From the NCBI GenBank assembly GCA_965153455.1, contig OZ234494.1:558001-622000 (forward strand): DNA of 64,000 bases, in the 5' to 3' direction. Source of the stretch: Sphagnum compactum (taxonomy: Eukaryota). Numbering within the stretch: position 1 is the first letter of the stretch; each line of letters begins with the position of its first letter. Below are positions 40,498-52,203 of this stretch, piece by piece. A model generated the notes under the pieces. It was not told the DNA's origin. It searched no databases and was given only the letters and a program-made list of their open reading frames with translations. The position numbers and the translations under genes were made by a program.

Positions 40498-43474
40498 ATG
40501 GGAAGAATAAGAGGAAACAAGAGCAGGGTGAGTGGGAGTAATGGCAGGGAGAAGCTACAAAAGGAGGCGCGACATCGCAGGCATAAGGAGCGACAGAAGG
40601 CGGCTCGCTCGAGTTTGCTGGGTTGGATTCGTGATTTCCTCACGGCCGATTCCTTCATGTATGGTCCCTTGTTAACACAACAGCCGAAGTTTCCCTCTCT
40701 GTCTACAGACTCCCCTCCTGCTCCGCTTTCCCACGGTATGTATTCTCTCCGTCTGCTTTCTCTTCCCACAGAAAAACAATTGTTTGCAGATTGCAAAGCT
40801 TCGAGCGGTGAAGTCTACACTCTGTTGCAGTATTCTTTCTGAATTCCTGCACAACGACAGTTTTACTGCAGCAGCAAAGATCGCAGTGAGAGTTTGATGA
40901 GTTTGTCTAGGGTTGTTGTTGTATATGGGCTACACATGCAGGTGGAGATCATGGACATGGTGAGACTACAGGTGGTGCAGCAACAGCTGCAGGAGAAGCA
41001 ACAGCAGCAACAGCTGATGAGCAAGACAAAGATGTCACAGAAGCTGGAAGAACCTCAGCAGTACAAAGTGGGGATGAAGAGACAAGCAAGCTCTATCAAG
41101 GATCAAGATCGACAACCACCACCACATTCTTGTCTGTTCAACAGACTGTGAAAATCCCTGCTGCAGAAGTTGCCTCCACTCCAACCACTGCTGATTTGCA
41201 GCAACTGAAAAGAGTTGCACAAGCACACATGCGGGAACTAGAAGATGAGACGTTTCTGCTGCTCGGGGAGCATGAAGAGGGCACATCTTCCATGACTGGA
41301 TCCCATGACTACAAGGAAGATTGTATTCCTTTGGACCATGAAATCGCACAAAAGGTACAATCCATGCCACACCACAAACCCTGTCTCAGCACTTTTTTGG
41401 ATTCATGACACTGCACAACCATCCCAGAACCAAGTCTCATCACTTTCTGGATTCATGGCATGGTTTCATGGTGAAACCATGCCACAACCATGTCTCAGAT
41501 CACTTTCTGGATTCATGGCATGGCACAACCATGGCACATCACTTTCTGTAGCTTCAGAAAGAGAATTATGCTATCAATCAAGTGTTTGAACAGCAGTTGA
41601 GTTGCTTCGCCACATTCTCAAATTTTGGACCCATGTGTGATATGGTAGACAGACCTGGTTGAGCTTTGAATGGACTTCACTGTGTAAATATGGGTTTGGT
41701 TTGCTGTGTCTTTTGTTTTCGGTGAGTGCAGGTAGCAAAGATGCTGGTGTGCAAAGTAGGGGGCAGGTACTCGAAGGAGTTGGGAATCAATCTGGATGTG
41801 GGTGATGTGGAAGTGGAGAGATGGTTTTTGGCAGTCACTCTCTTTCACCGGCATCTGACTTTTGATGTACTGAAGCAGACCTTCAAGGTACATATGTAAT
41901 AAATGTTGATGTTGAATCTAAGCACAATTCTCATCAATTTTGATTGTGTATGTGTGGCTGAAACTCCTTTTGGAAAAACTTTTTTGCCTGCGATGGTTCC
42001 AATCTGTTCTGGGAGGGGAAAAAGATGGTCTAATCAGTGGTGTGAATTGAACTCTGGGTTGTGCAGAAACTGGGAGATGCTGGTATTGCAACTGTGGCAG
42101 ACTCACTGAAGTTGGAGGAGAGTGAAGTTGCAGACATTCTGGAATCATCAGGCTACACCACTTACAAGCACAGGTATTTGCTTTTAACATGAATTTTCCT
42201 TGGGCACTTCTGGGCATTGGAGCAGTTTTCTCTCATGTTGGATTCATGCTGTCATCTTCTTTCTCCTGCTGCTGTCTTGTCTTGCATTCTATGTTCTTGG
42301 CATCACTTTTATGTTGGATTGCGTGCATCTTGCTCTGAGCTTTCTGTGAACAGCAGTCATTTTCTTCTGTTGTGAGCTACTGCTGCTTATCTTCATGTGG
42401 TGTCTAAAACTGTCCTCTCTAAACATGCATCTGCAAAGGATGCAGGGCAGCAGCTCGGTTAAGAAAATTGGCAATGCAGTTGGAGGTAGATTACAAGGGC
42501 AAGGTGTCCTCCATGAAGACCATGCTTGATGCAAGTGAACTAAGTCGGCAAATCAGCAGCCTGCATGGCTTGAATTCCAACACTGCCAGCATCTTCTTGA
42601 GGTACTCTTCAGTCTCTTTCTTTAGTTTGGGGAGTCACTAGACTGCATGTGGAAAGATTCTTCAGTAGTCCATTGCTTCAAGAGCTAAATATGGCCAAAA
42701 GGTGTGAGCCTTTAATCAAAGTAGACAAGGGTATCTTCATCTGTGCATCAAATGTCTGGAGTTGAACTGTTTGTTGGGTGTTCTTTTGTATGTGTAGGGA
42801 ATTGCGAGGTGTGTGGCCTGGAATATCTTTAAGTTATGACAGGCGCACTACCAGAGCTGCTGCACACTTAGGTCTTCTAGATCCTGATGCTGATGATGCT
42901 TCCAACAAGTTCACAAGGGGCTTGCAGAACTCTTTGAAGCCTATTGCTCATGCAACAGGTATTGTCATCACAACCCCTGGTTTGGGAAATCACTTGTATC
43001 TTTGTGGGTAGGTCACACAGGAAGGGGGTTGGATGTAGGGTGCTGAAGTCATTCTTCCTCTGAGTTTCCAGTTTTGCCCTGACCTACAGTGCTGGATGCA
43101 TTTTCCATGTTACCTTAACCATGAGAAGCCTCCAAAGTGACAAAGATCTTAGAATGTCATCGGCTTGAATGTTGTGGGTACATAAGCTTGAATAAGTCCT
43201 GGCCTCAATGGGAATCTGCCATCACTGACTTATCACCAGATTAGATTTGACAAGTTTCAAGTTTAATTCCTTTTTGCATATTCAAGTTTAATTGAGTGTA
43301 CTTGCTTCAGGAGTTGGGTGCTGACTTGGAGAGGATGCACTGGGGTTGGTGGATGCAGGAAAAGATGAAAGGGATCTGGAAGTATCTCTTGTGAAACTAG
43401 GCCTTTCTCATGAACGCCATTATCGGGATTGCCCAGGTGGGGTTGCCTGTAACTTTCTTGCCTCCGATGTGTAA
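40498..43474 (+). CDS. Uncharacterised 448-aa protein: basic N-terminus and DSFMYGPL motif, acidic linker, bacterial-type HhH-GPD-like C-terminal domain; 7 exons
   Basis: Exons 40498-40735, 40942-41354, 41732-41887, 42067-42173, 42446-42601, 42798-42958 and 43359-43474 total 1347 nt, all GT-AG, with no internal stop. C-terminal part: GGRYSKELGINLDVGDVEVERWFLAVTLF...GYTTYKHRAAARLRKLA...LHGLNSNTASIFLRELRGVWPG...AAAHLGLL...RDLEVSLVKLGLSHERHYRDCPGGVACNFLASDV*. Confidence 0.85.
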
Positions 43475-46322
43475 GTAGAAAACAAAAATAGTGGAGGTAA
43501 ACCTGTGAAATGCATAGGTTTATTGAACTTGGATATCGCCAGATTGAAATGATGACAATGTCCTCAAGGCTTATTTGGAGATATTGCCCTTCAACCTGAG
43601 AGTGAAGAGTGTAACAGATATGACATCCTAGAGCACAGAAGGGGTCACGTTTTTTGTCTAGTGATGCACATACCATTGTGAAAATGGTAACACTTTTTTG
43701 TGTAATCAAGTTCTTGTACATTTTTGTCAAATAATTTACAGTTTCAGCTGACAGAAAGCAGTTGTACAATTACTAGATAGCTTCTGGAGAGCAGATCTTG
43801 TGTATCATGTTCTCCTGCATTTCCTGCTCTCAATCTCCACAGTTGGTGTTTTTTTACTGGCATGTTTATGCAGGTCATTTTTAGATGTAAGAATGAAGTG
43901 TTTAGTTTTGTGATCTAGTAATACTCTTTGTCAATTTGCTGCCTGGATAAAAATGCATCTTTGTTCCCTGCTGGGGAAATATGCAGCTGGGTGTCTTTTG
44001 TGGGTCTCATGCACCAGCTTGAAGTATGGCTTTTTATCTTGTCTTTTTATCACTCACTTATATACCTGAGAGCTGTCAAAGTTTCAATTGAAGATGTGAA
44101 GACCACAGGCATTTTATATGGATGGAAGATGGTTTGTTGACTTTGCCCAGAGCAGAAGAGACTCCGCAGCCATATAGGATTTGGGATGCAATTTTGGGTT
44201 CAACTGGGAATCAATTTGTGGGTGAAAGCTGGAGACCTAGCTGTACTCTTCTCTGGGCAGGTTTTTGTAACCAAATTAATTTTGCACACCATGGAGTGTC
44301 ATGAGCACAGATGGGCAAGAGGGAACCACCAGCCACTAGTGCACCAAGAGGGATGGATGCTGGGTGGACAGGCAAACACTTATTTCATTGGGTTGCAGTT
44401 CTATAGTTAACCATGAGGTTGAGCTCAGTCAGTGTTTAGTATGTATGTACCTATCTGGTAACCCACTAGCCCTTACTTACTTGCTAACCATTTACATGCA
44501 TCTATTCACCCAGTATTGTCCCTACCTACTTACATACTAGACCTATTTTTCACAGGACAGGTTACCAAGGTGAAACCCAACTTCAACTCCGTTGTTGAAT
44601 TTCCATACACAGCTGAGTCATAAGAGGCTTCCAATGGATGGTGCACTAGTGACTGTCGGTGCACTCTACCTGAAAGAGAAGAGGTCCCTACCTCCTCAGG
44701 TAATCTGCACCTCCACTGTTGCTTACTTGCCAACCCGTTTGGTTTTCTATTAAAGTCTGTATCTGTACAAATTCTGCCACATGATCAACCCTAAGTTTTG
44801 CAATAGATTCATTTGTGAATCATCATACACTTGACATCACCATCTAGAAGCTTGGGTGATAAAACCTGTTGGTTTTGTTGGCTCTGCCTGCAAGGAAAAA
44901 AAGACAAGACTATGGGATTGATGATGCGATATTGCCTCCTCCGGTGATATCAGACTGGTATGTTCTTCCATACCAGTACTACCATAGTAATCTAGCAGGT
45001 TGGTTGGGCGGGAAATTATTGTGATAAACAAAATTCAGAACAATTTGAGAAATTATTAAGGTGTACTTAACAAGTAAAACACAACACCTTAATAATTTCA
45101 CCATGGTTATATCAGCATCTTAGGAGAAAATCTATTAAATATTCAGCATCAAAGTGCAGAACTGGTTAGGCTATTATCGCGTGTTCTACATGTGATTAGT
45201 TTGAGGTCTATTGCATCAACATATTAGCAAGTGTTAAGTGTCTCTCCACATGTCTAGTGAAAGCAATTCATTAAGGTCAATTTTTTATATTATTCAAATA
45301 ATTATTTTGATTTTGAATAAAAGCTTATAATTTGTGATTAATTTATGTATTGCATTACTATTATGTATACAATTATTAAATGAATGTATGATAAATATAA
45401 TGTACATGTCTTTTAAGTATGTATGTATGTATGTATGGCATGTAGTAACCAATGTATTACAAAAATATTATAATTAAATATAATATAGTATTGCTTATTA
45501 ACATAATATTACTAGTTATTTTTTTCATAATGTAATATGAAATATGAATACCAATTTTATTATTAATTAAAATAAATGATTTTTTCCCATTTTATTTATG
45601 TTTGTCATAAACTCTTTTGCAATAATCAAATGTTGCAACTTGTCAAATCACCCTTTTTTTTATTAATGAAGAAAGGTTTTGTGAGTTGTTATTAAATAAT
45701 GAAATTTAAATATGTTTTCTTTTAAATGGTTTGAAATTTGTATGTTTCAGCTTTCTTATATACGGTTTAACTATGATCCAGAATTTAGCTCCACCTTCAA
45801 TTCCCATTTTAACTTGAATTTGACAAATTGTGAGAAGTGCACATGGATTGAAGATTTTGCTTATTTTTGCGATTAGTTTTACTTAGCACCACCAATCATA
45901 AAATAGCAAGAGGATCAAATGTACAACTTCTGCATTAGAGCAAAGAACAAATGAGTCATCCCTCAAGTAAATTATTTTCACCTATTCTTTCCCTAAACCC
46001 TGAAGCTATTGAACACGAACATATGCAGACCAAAACCATCTCAATCTATGATGTCCAAAAGAAAAGGGTAGTCATTCGAGCAACCACCATTTTTATGTCA
46101 AAGACTAGTTCACACACAAAGTCATACTTAATTCTTATGAAAGATTGAACTTTGAGCATGAAAAGAATGTTGATTTTCTATATTGAGTTTTGGGCAAGAA
46201 CCTATTACCTGAAAACATCACGAGAGCAATAGAATAGTATACAGTCAATTGATTTCCTCATGTGTGTTTGTTTTCCACTACCGACTGGCATAGAATACCA
46301 CTACACTTTGAAGTTTCAGCTG

Positions 46323-49061
46323 CTACATCCTGTCAGCAAGATTGTGCCTTTGTAGTCTATGGATTGCTAGCTGCACAGCTGGTAGTTTCCGCTGAACCTG
46401 CTTCCAAATCATGTTTACAGCATCATCTGTCTTTGGTGGGTGTTGGTAATGAAAGTGATGTGACACTTCCTTCAGCCTCTTCCACATCCGGAGCCAATGC
46501 TCTTTGTCAATGTTGCGTAAATAGTTCAGAAGATAGTCTCCAGGGCGGATAGCTTCCTCAGCTGAGAAAAACAATGCAAACTCTGTGTAATCAAGTTCAT
46601 CCTCAAATGGCAGTTCTATTTTATCGCTCACAATGACAGGGACACAGTGGCTCGCAATTGCGTCAAAAAGGCGACAAGATGATGGTGTGTCTCCAGCTGG
46701 ATGCAAGCAAAACCGTGATGAACGCATACCCTTAGTTGCCTGCAAAAAAGACACGGGCACAATAATAAATCCATTAGCAAGGAGGAGTCCTATGCCAGAC
46801 AGCCATGACCCAGTAGCATTCACACATCTACAGATGTCAATTTCTTTTAAGGAGGCAAGAGTTGTTGAGGACCCAAAAAGTTCACTCTGTTTCCTACATG
46901 GCATCAAAGAATATTGGAGAAAACTCAGAAACCAGAGTTCAAGGGCAGCTAGAAAGGTTAGGTGAGATTGTAAAAGAACGAATACCTGCTCCACCCCTTC
47001 CTCTGAGGGGAGGCTATTCACAAAGTGCACATCTGTTCTGTTCTCTAAAAGCTTTGCCAATTTTCTCCTCACTGTCCCATCCTGTTGAATGCACCATCCA
47101 ACAATGCCCGATGTGATGAGGAAGACAAAAAAACAATGATGGACTCTCTCACACTGTGGATGATATTGCAAGCATGCAAGCACACAACATGAACTTCGGT
47201 AAGAAGATCCAAAACAAATGCAACATTATCCCACAGGACAAAAATCTAACCTCTCTTCTCAATTCAACACTGTGCTCAAATCTGGTGCCTATCCAACAGC
47301 CAACATTGAACTTTTTTTCTGTTTTCAGGTCTTGCTAGAATTTAAATTGAAACCAACAACCATGTGAAAAGAAACTGGAGGAATTATCTTTGATCTTCGT
47401 GCCACTTGCAAACACATTCATGGATTGAAAGAACCATAGATGATTGCAGAAGCAAAATCTGTACTCACATCCTTGCGCTCGACTCTTCCTTGGAAAAATA
47501 AGAGGATGTTCCTGGATGCAAATGGGTCAGCTATGCTGTCGTCATCATTCTCTTTCCACATGGGCACTACATGCTCATATGGAGCTACAACATCCTTCTG
47601 AAGCCGCGCAATCTCCTTTGGATACCGCCCAAAATCTGCAACTATGAGAATTGAGTCTTTAAGCCTCTCTCTGTAATACCTGTCCATAAATAACCCAACA
47701 TCCCCCCACCCGAAGTCTCAATCATTGACAAAAGAAAACCACCACAAAGTGTTCTTGTACTCAAAAACCATCGTAATCTGTTTTTCTCTCTTTGCTTCTC
47801 AAACCGGTCTCCAAATGTTGCAACACTCACTGTTGTTTTCTCTCATGAACAATACTCACAAAGCAGAATTGTTTTGTTACTGAATCCTAGAATTAGCAAG
47901 CAAGCAAGCTGGAGACAGCAACAGAGACAGTTTCAGAAACCAGCTCTGAAAACAGTACCTAAACGCATTTGGATGATGTGCAACGATGACATGATCATGC
48001 CCTTGAGATGCTTGCCACCATTTTGACTCCATCAGCATTTCCACCACACCCATCTGCAACCGCCCCCCAATTACTGAGACCAGCTCAAGAATGCCCATAT
48101 ACTTTGCCATTGTTACTGATCACAGAGCTTGACAGTAGTGTGGGTTTCTCTTAGTTTCCAAGATGACACTGATACTGCTGAGCTTGACAGTAGTGTGGGT
48201 TTTTCTTAGTTTTTGAGATGACATGGATATTGCTGAGCTTGACAGTAGTGTGGGTTTTTCTTAGTTGCTGAGATGACACTGATATTGCGGAGCTTGACAC
48301 TAGGGTTGGTTTTTCTTAGTTTTCAAATGACAAACAGAGGCACATAGGGAGAGAGAGTTAGAGAGTAGCAGCAGCAGCAGCAGCAACAGCATACTTACTT
48401 GGAGAAGTTTGTCAATCTTGGCTTCAGGTCCAAGCATAATACGACCATAAGTGTTGAAGGAAAGTGATGAGAAGAATGGCACAAAGAAGACATCAGCTTG
48501 CTCTGGATCCTTCACTCTCACAGCTGCCTTCTTCTCCTCCTCCTTCCCATCATGATTGTGAGATGGGTCATGGTCATCCTGCAGCATGTCCAGCATCATC
48601 CAGTATTCCACACTATGTTGTCTGTTGACTCCCCATCTGGTCTTCAGTGCTGGAGCAACCTCTTGGTCTGTCCATGGAAGCTCCTGGCTGATCCCATCAT
48701 CCTTCTTCACCATCCCCAGATTGTACTTCCGAGGCAAATCATACATAAAAACCTTGAGAGGTGAGGAGCATTCAATGTTTGCATCCCGAATCCTCACCCC
48801 AACATCATCCAGATTCATAGCAGAAACTGATGATGATGATGATGATGATGATGACGATGCATCCGAGAGATTCCCACTCTGCCAAGATCTTATACTTTCG
48901 CGAATCCTGCTGAAAGACAAGGAAAGAGATCTGGCCTCAGGGTAAATCACAGACGGAAGCAGAAGAAGAGCTGCAACACAAATGCTTGTGAGCACCAAGA
49001 TCACCGGCTTCTTCATCATCATCCCCTTGCCTCCTCCCATCTGCATCACCATCACCATCAT
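46323..49061 (-). CDS. GT47/exostosin-family glycosyltransferase (ARAD1-like probable arabinosyltransferase), 5 exons; start Met uncertain
   Basis: Exons ~49061-48399, 48053-47959, 47679-47469, 47081-46986 and 46739-46323. N-terminal TM anchor, [74 protein letters not shown]. Confidence 0.95.
48110..48330. repeat. 55-bp x4 intronic minisatellite
   Basis: gagcttgacagtagtgtgggtt..cttagtt at ~48125, 48180, 48235 and 48290. Confidence 0.9.
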
Positions 49062-50269
49062 CTTCTTCTTGGGTACCCCAACTCCCTAGTCCCCGGAGAT
49101 CCCCGTCCGTGATCGCGGGACACACGCAGTTTCAACCTCCTCAGGTCCTCCTCCTCTCTAGGACTTGAAGAACTCCATGATCTTGTCGCTCCTCTGCGCC
49201 GCGGACTTCATGATTTCCGATCTGAGTACTTGCGCTTGAAACCAGACAGGAGGAGGAGAAGAGAACAACTCTCCGCTGCTCGATTTGCCCTTCTTTCATT
49301 CCAATTTTCCAGCACCCAAAAAAAGCTTCTTCTTCTTCTTCTTCTTCTTCGTCCAGATTGCTGCAAAATCCTGGCGCTCTGACTCATGGATGATGTCTAG
49401 AATCTTCTTTGCAGCATTCCGCATTCTTATTCTTGCTCCTCCGACGTTGCTCCGCCTCCTCCTGCTCCTGTTTTCGAAACACCGGAGAGTCTCAGCAAAC
49501 ATCATCCTAGAGATGAATCCTTTTGTCACAACAAGTACCCAAATGCAGATTTCTCAAAATCCCCTCACAAACAACACGAGAAGAATGCGAGGAGGTGAAG
49601 GAAAAAAATAATCTCACCCATTACAAGGACTACTGCAAAAGCTTTGAAGCAGCAGAAAACGAAACAAAGGAGGAAAAAAGATCCAGGAACCCCAAGACAC
49701 GAGAGAATTCTACTCCAACTCATTCATTCTAGAACTAGATTCAATCCATCAGAGTCCAAATGCGCACCAACTTCATCGCCTCCGCCTCCGCCGCCGCCGC
49801 CGTCATGGTAGTCTTAGAGCAGGATCTGGATCTCTTTTCTTTCTTCCACAACAAAACACACCATTGAGTCACATGCACAAGTGCATTAGAAGAGCATTGT
49901 TTGTTGTTCACACGACTGCTGCATGCAACAACAACAACAACTCCATCTCCATCTCTCTCTCTCTCTCTCTCCTCTCCTCTCTCTCTCTCTCTATACAGCA
50001 ATTGTCAAAACAGTCAAAAGACACAAGAAGCCCAGAACTCTTATGAAAAACATTATGGAGGGAAGGAAGGAAGGAAGGAAGGGCCCACAACAACAAGTCC
50101 ATAATTCTGGGAAGGAGAAATTGCCTGACATACTCCACACTTTCTGGCTACCTAATCATGAGTAAGGGAAAGGAGGGAGAGAGAGAGAGAGAGAGAGAGA
50201 TTGGATACAAACAAACAATTTCAAAAATATTTTTCTTGTTGGGCATTGTCTTGCAATTGTGTCAAGATC

Positions 50270-51140
50270 GATCGATGTCACTTTTAATTCGTTGCTTTTG
50301 TTTAGTGTTTGTCATTACAAGTCTTGCAATTGGGTCAAGTTCGATGTCACATTGAATTCATTGCTCATGTTTAGTGTTTGTGGTTGCAAATCTTGTAATT
50401 GGGTCAAGTTCTAATTTGTTGCTTTTGTTTAGTGTTTGTCATTACAAGTCTTGCAATTGGGTCAAGTTCGATGTCACATTGAATTCATTGCTCGTGTTTA
50501 GTGTTTGTGGTTGCAAATCTTGTAATTGGGTCAAGTTCGATGTGTCACATTTAATTCGTTGTTTCTGTTTAGTGTTTGTGATTGCAAGTCTTGCAATTTG
50601 GGTCAAGGTTCAATGTCACATTTAATTCGTTGCTCCTTGTTTAGTGTTTGTGGTTGCAAGTCTTGCAATTGGGTCAAGTTTGATGTCACATTTAATTTGT
50701 TGTTCCTATTTAGTGTTTGTTGTTGCAAATCTTGCATTGGGTCAAGTTCAATGTCACATTTAATTCGTTGCTCGTGTTTAGTGTTTGTGGTTACAAATCT
50801 TGCAATTGGGGCAAGTTCGATGTCGCATTTAATTTGTTATTCTTGTTTAGTGTTTGTGGTTGCAAGTCTTGCAATTGGATCAAGTTCCATGCTACGTTTA
50901 ATTCGTTGCTCTTGTTTAGTGTTTGTGGTTGCAAGTCTTGCAATTGGGTCAAGTTCGATGTCACATTTAATTTTGTTGATCCTGTTTAGTGTTTGTTGTT
51001 GCAAATCTTGCAATTGGGTCAAGTTCGATGTCGTATTTAGTTCGTTATTCTTGTTTAGTGTTTGTGGTTGCAAGTCTTGCAATTGGGTCAAGTTTGATGT
51101 CACATTTAATTCATTGCTTTGGTGTAGTGTTTGTGATTGT
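50270..51140. repeat. ~69-bp x ~13 tandem array upstream of the GT47 gene
   Basis: Repeated unit atgtcacatttaattcgttgctcttgtttagtgtttgtggttgcaagtcttgcaattgggtcaagttcg. Confidence 0.95.
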
Positions 51141-51986
51141 GAGTCTTTCAACTTCATCAACATTCATGCTACATGTAATTTGTTGTTCCTTGTTTAATGT
51201 TTGCCAAAGAAAAAATCAGTCAATTTTGTTTTGTGACATCCTTAGAAAAAAAAATTCTTTTGTAAAATTGCAAAATACAGTAAAGTTATTCGTAAAGTGA
51301 CCCTGCTTTGGGCCTTTCCTTCATCCCTCAACCCCTCTTTCAACCTCTAAACTAACTAACTAAGCACTGTTGGTATCTGCAAAGTAATGAAATTTTCTTA
51401 AAATATGGGTATGAAATATTGAAACTCAGGATTAAATGCACCGTGGTTCAAAAATATTTTATAGTTGCAGTACACACAGCAATACGTTTTTTTTTTTTTT
51501 TTTTTCAGTGTTCTTTTAGAAAAATCTCCCTTTATGTCCCAAGAGGGGGATTTTTGGTGCTGTGTTTTCCTTACTTTACGGATAACTTTAATAACTTTAA
51601 CCGTGGGTAGTAGACAAACAAGACTTCATAGAAGCCATAGTATTATTATTTTTATTATTTACTATTTATTATCATGGTCGTTGGGTTTCATGAAAATGGA
51701 AAGCCACCTACCAAAAGCTTTTTTTTTTTGCTGCTTTTGCGAAGCTCAGCAGCCATGCCAATTTTATTTTATTTTATTTTATTTCTTTTCCTGTGATACC
51801 TCGTGGGTGGGTATCACATGAAAATAAAATAAAAATAAAAAGTGATGCCCAATTTTTTACACCCATCATCGACAAGAGCTTTAAGAAAAATTTCGAGACT
51901 CCCTTAACTCAACTCAAGCTTTTTATTTTTGCAAAGCCTAGTGGCCATTTCCCCTCCCCGCCCCCCAAATGATACCCGGCAAGTAC

Positions 51987-52203
51987 ATGGTGTGTTCACA
52001 CTTGGTGTTAGGGACTCTAGTGTTGAGTCCATTATCACCATACTAGTCATCAACGACTTAAACTTTTACTTATTATGAAGATTTTATGTAAAAGCAACAT
52101 TCGCTTAACATTAAAGTATCGCCCATTTAACATTGGGTGCCACCTAGGATGCCACCTAGATTTACATCTAACATTAATTTAATATCATGTGTGAATGCAC
52201 CAT
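51987..52203. mobile_element. MITE with ~15-bp imperfect TIRs
   Basis: Left atggtgtgttcacac and right gtgtgaatgcaccat (reverse complement atggtgcattcacac). Confidence 0.6.

Noticed and set aside
50374-51300. Cys-rich ORFs (CGCKSCNW repeats) resembling a metallothionein or zinc-finger protein
   Set aside because: They are translations of the 69-bp tandem array, with frame-breaking indels between units.
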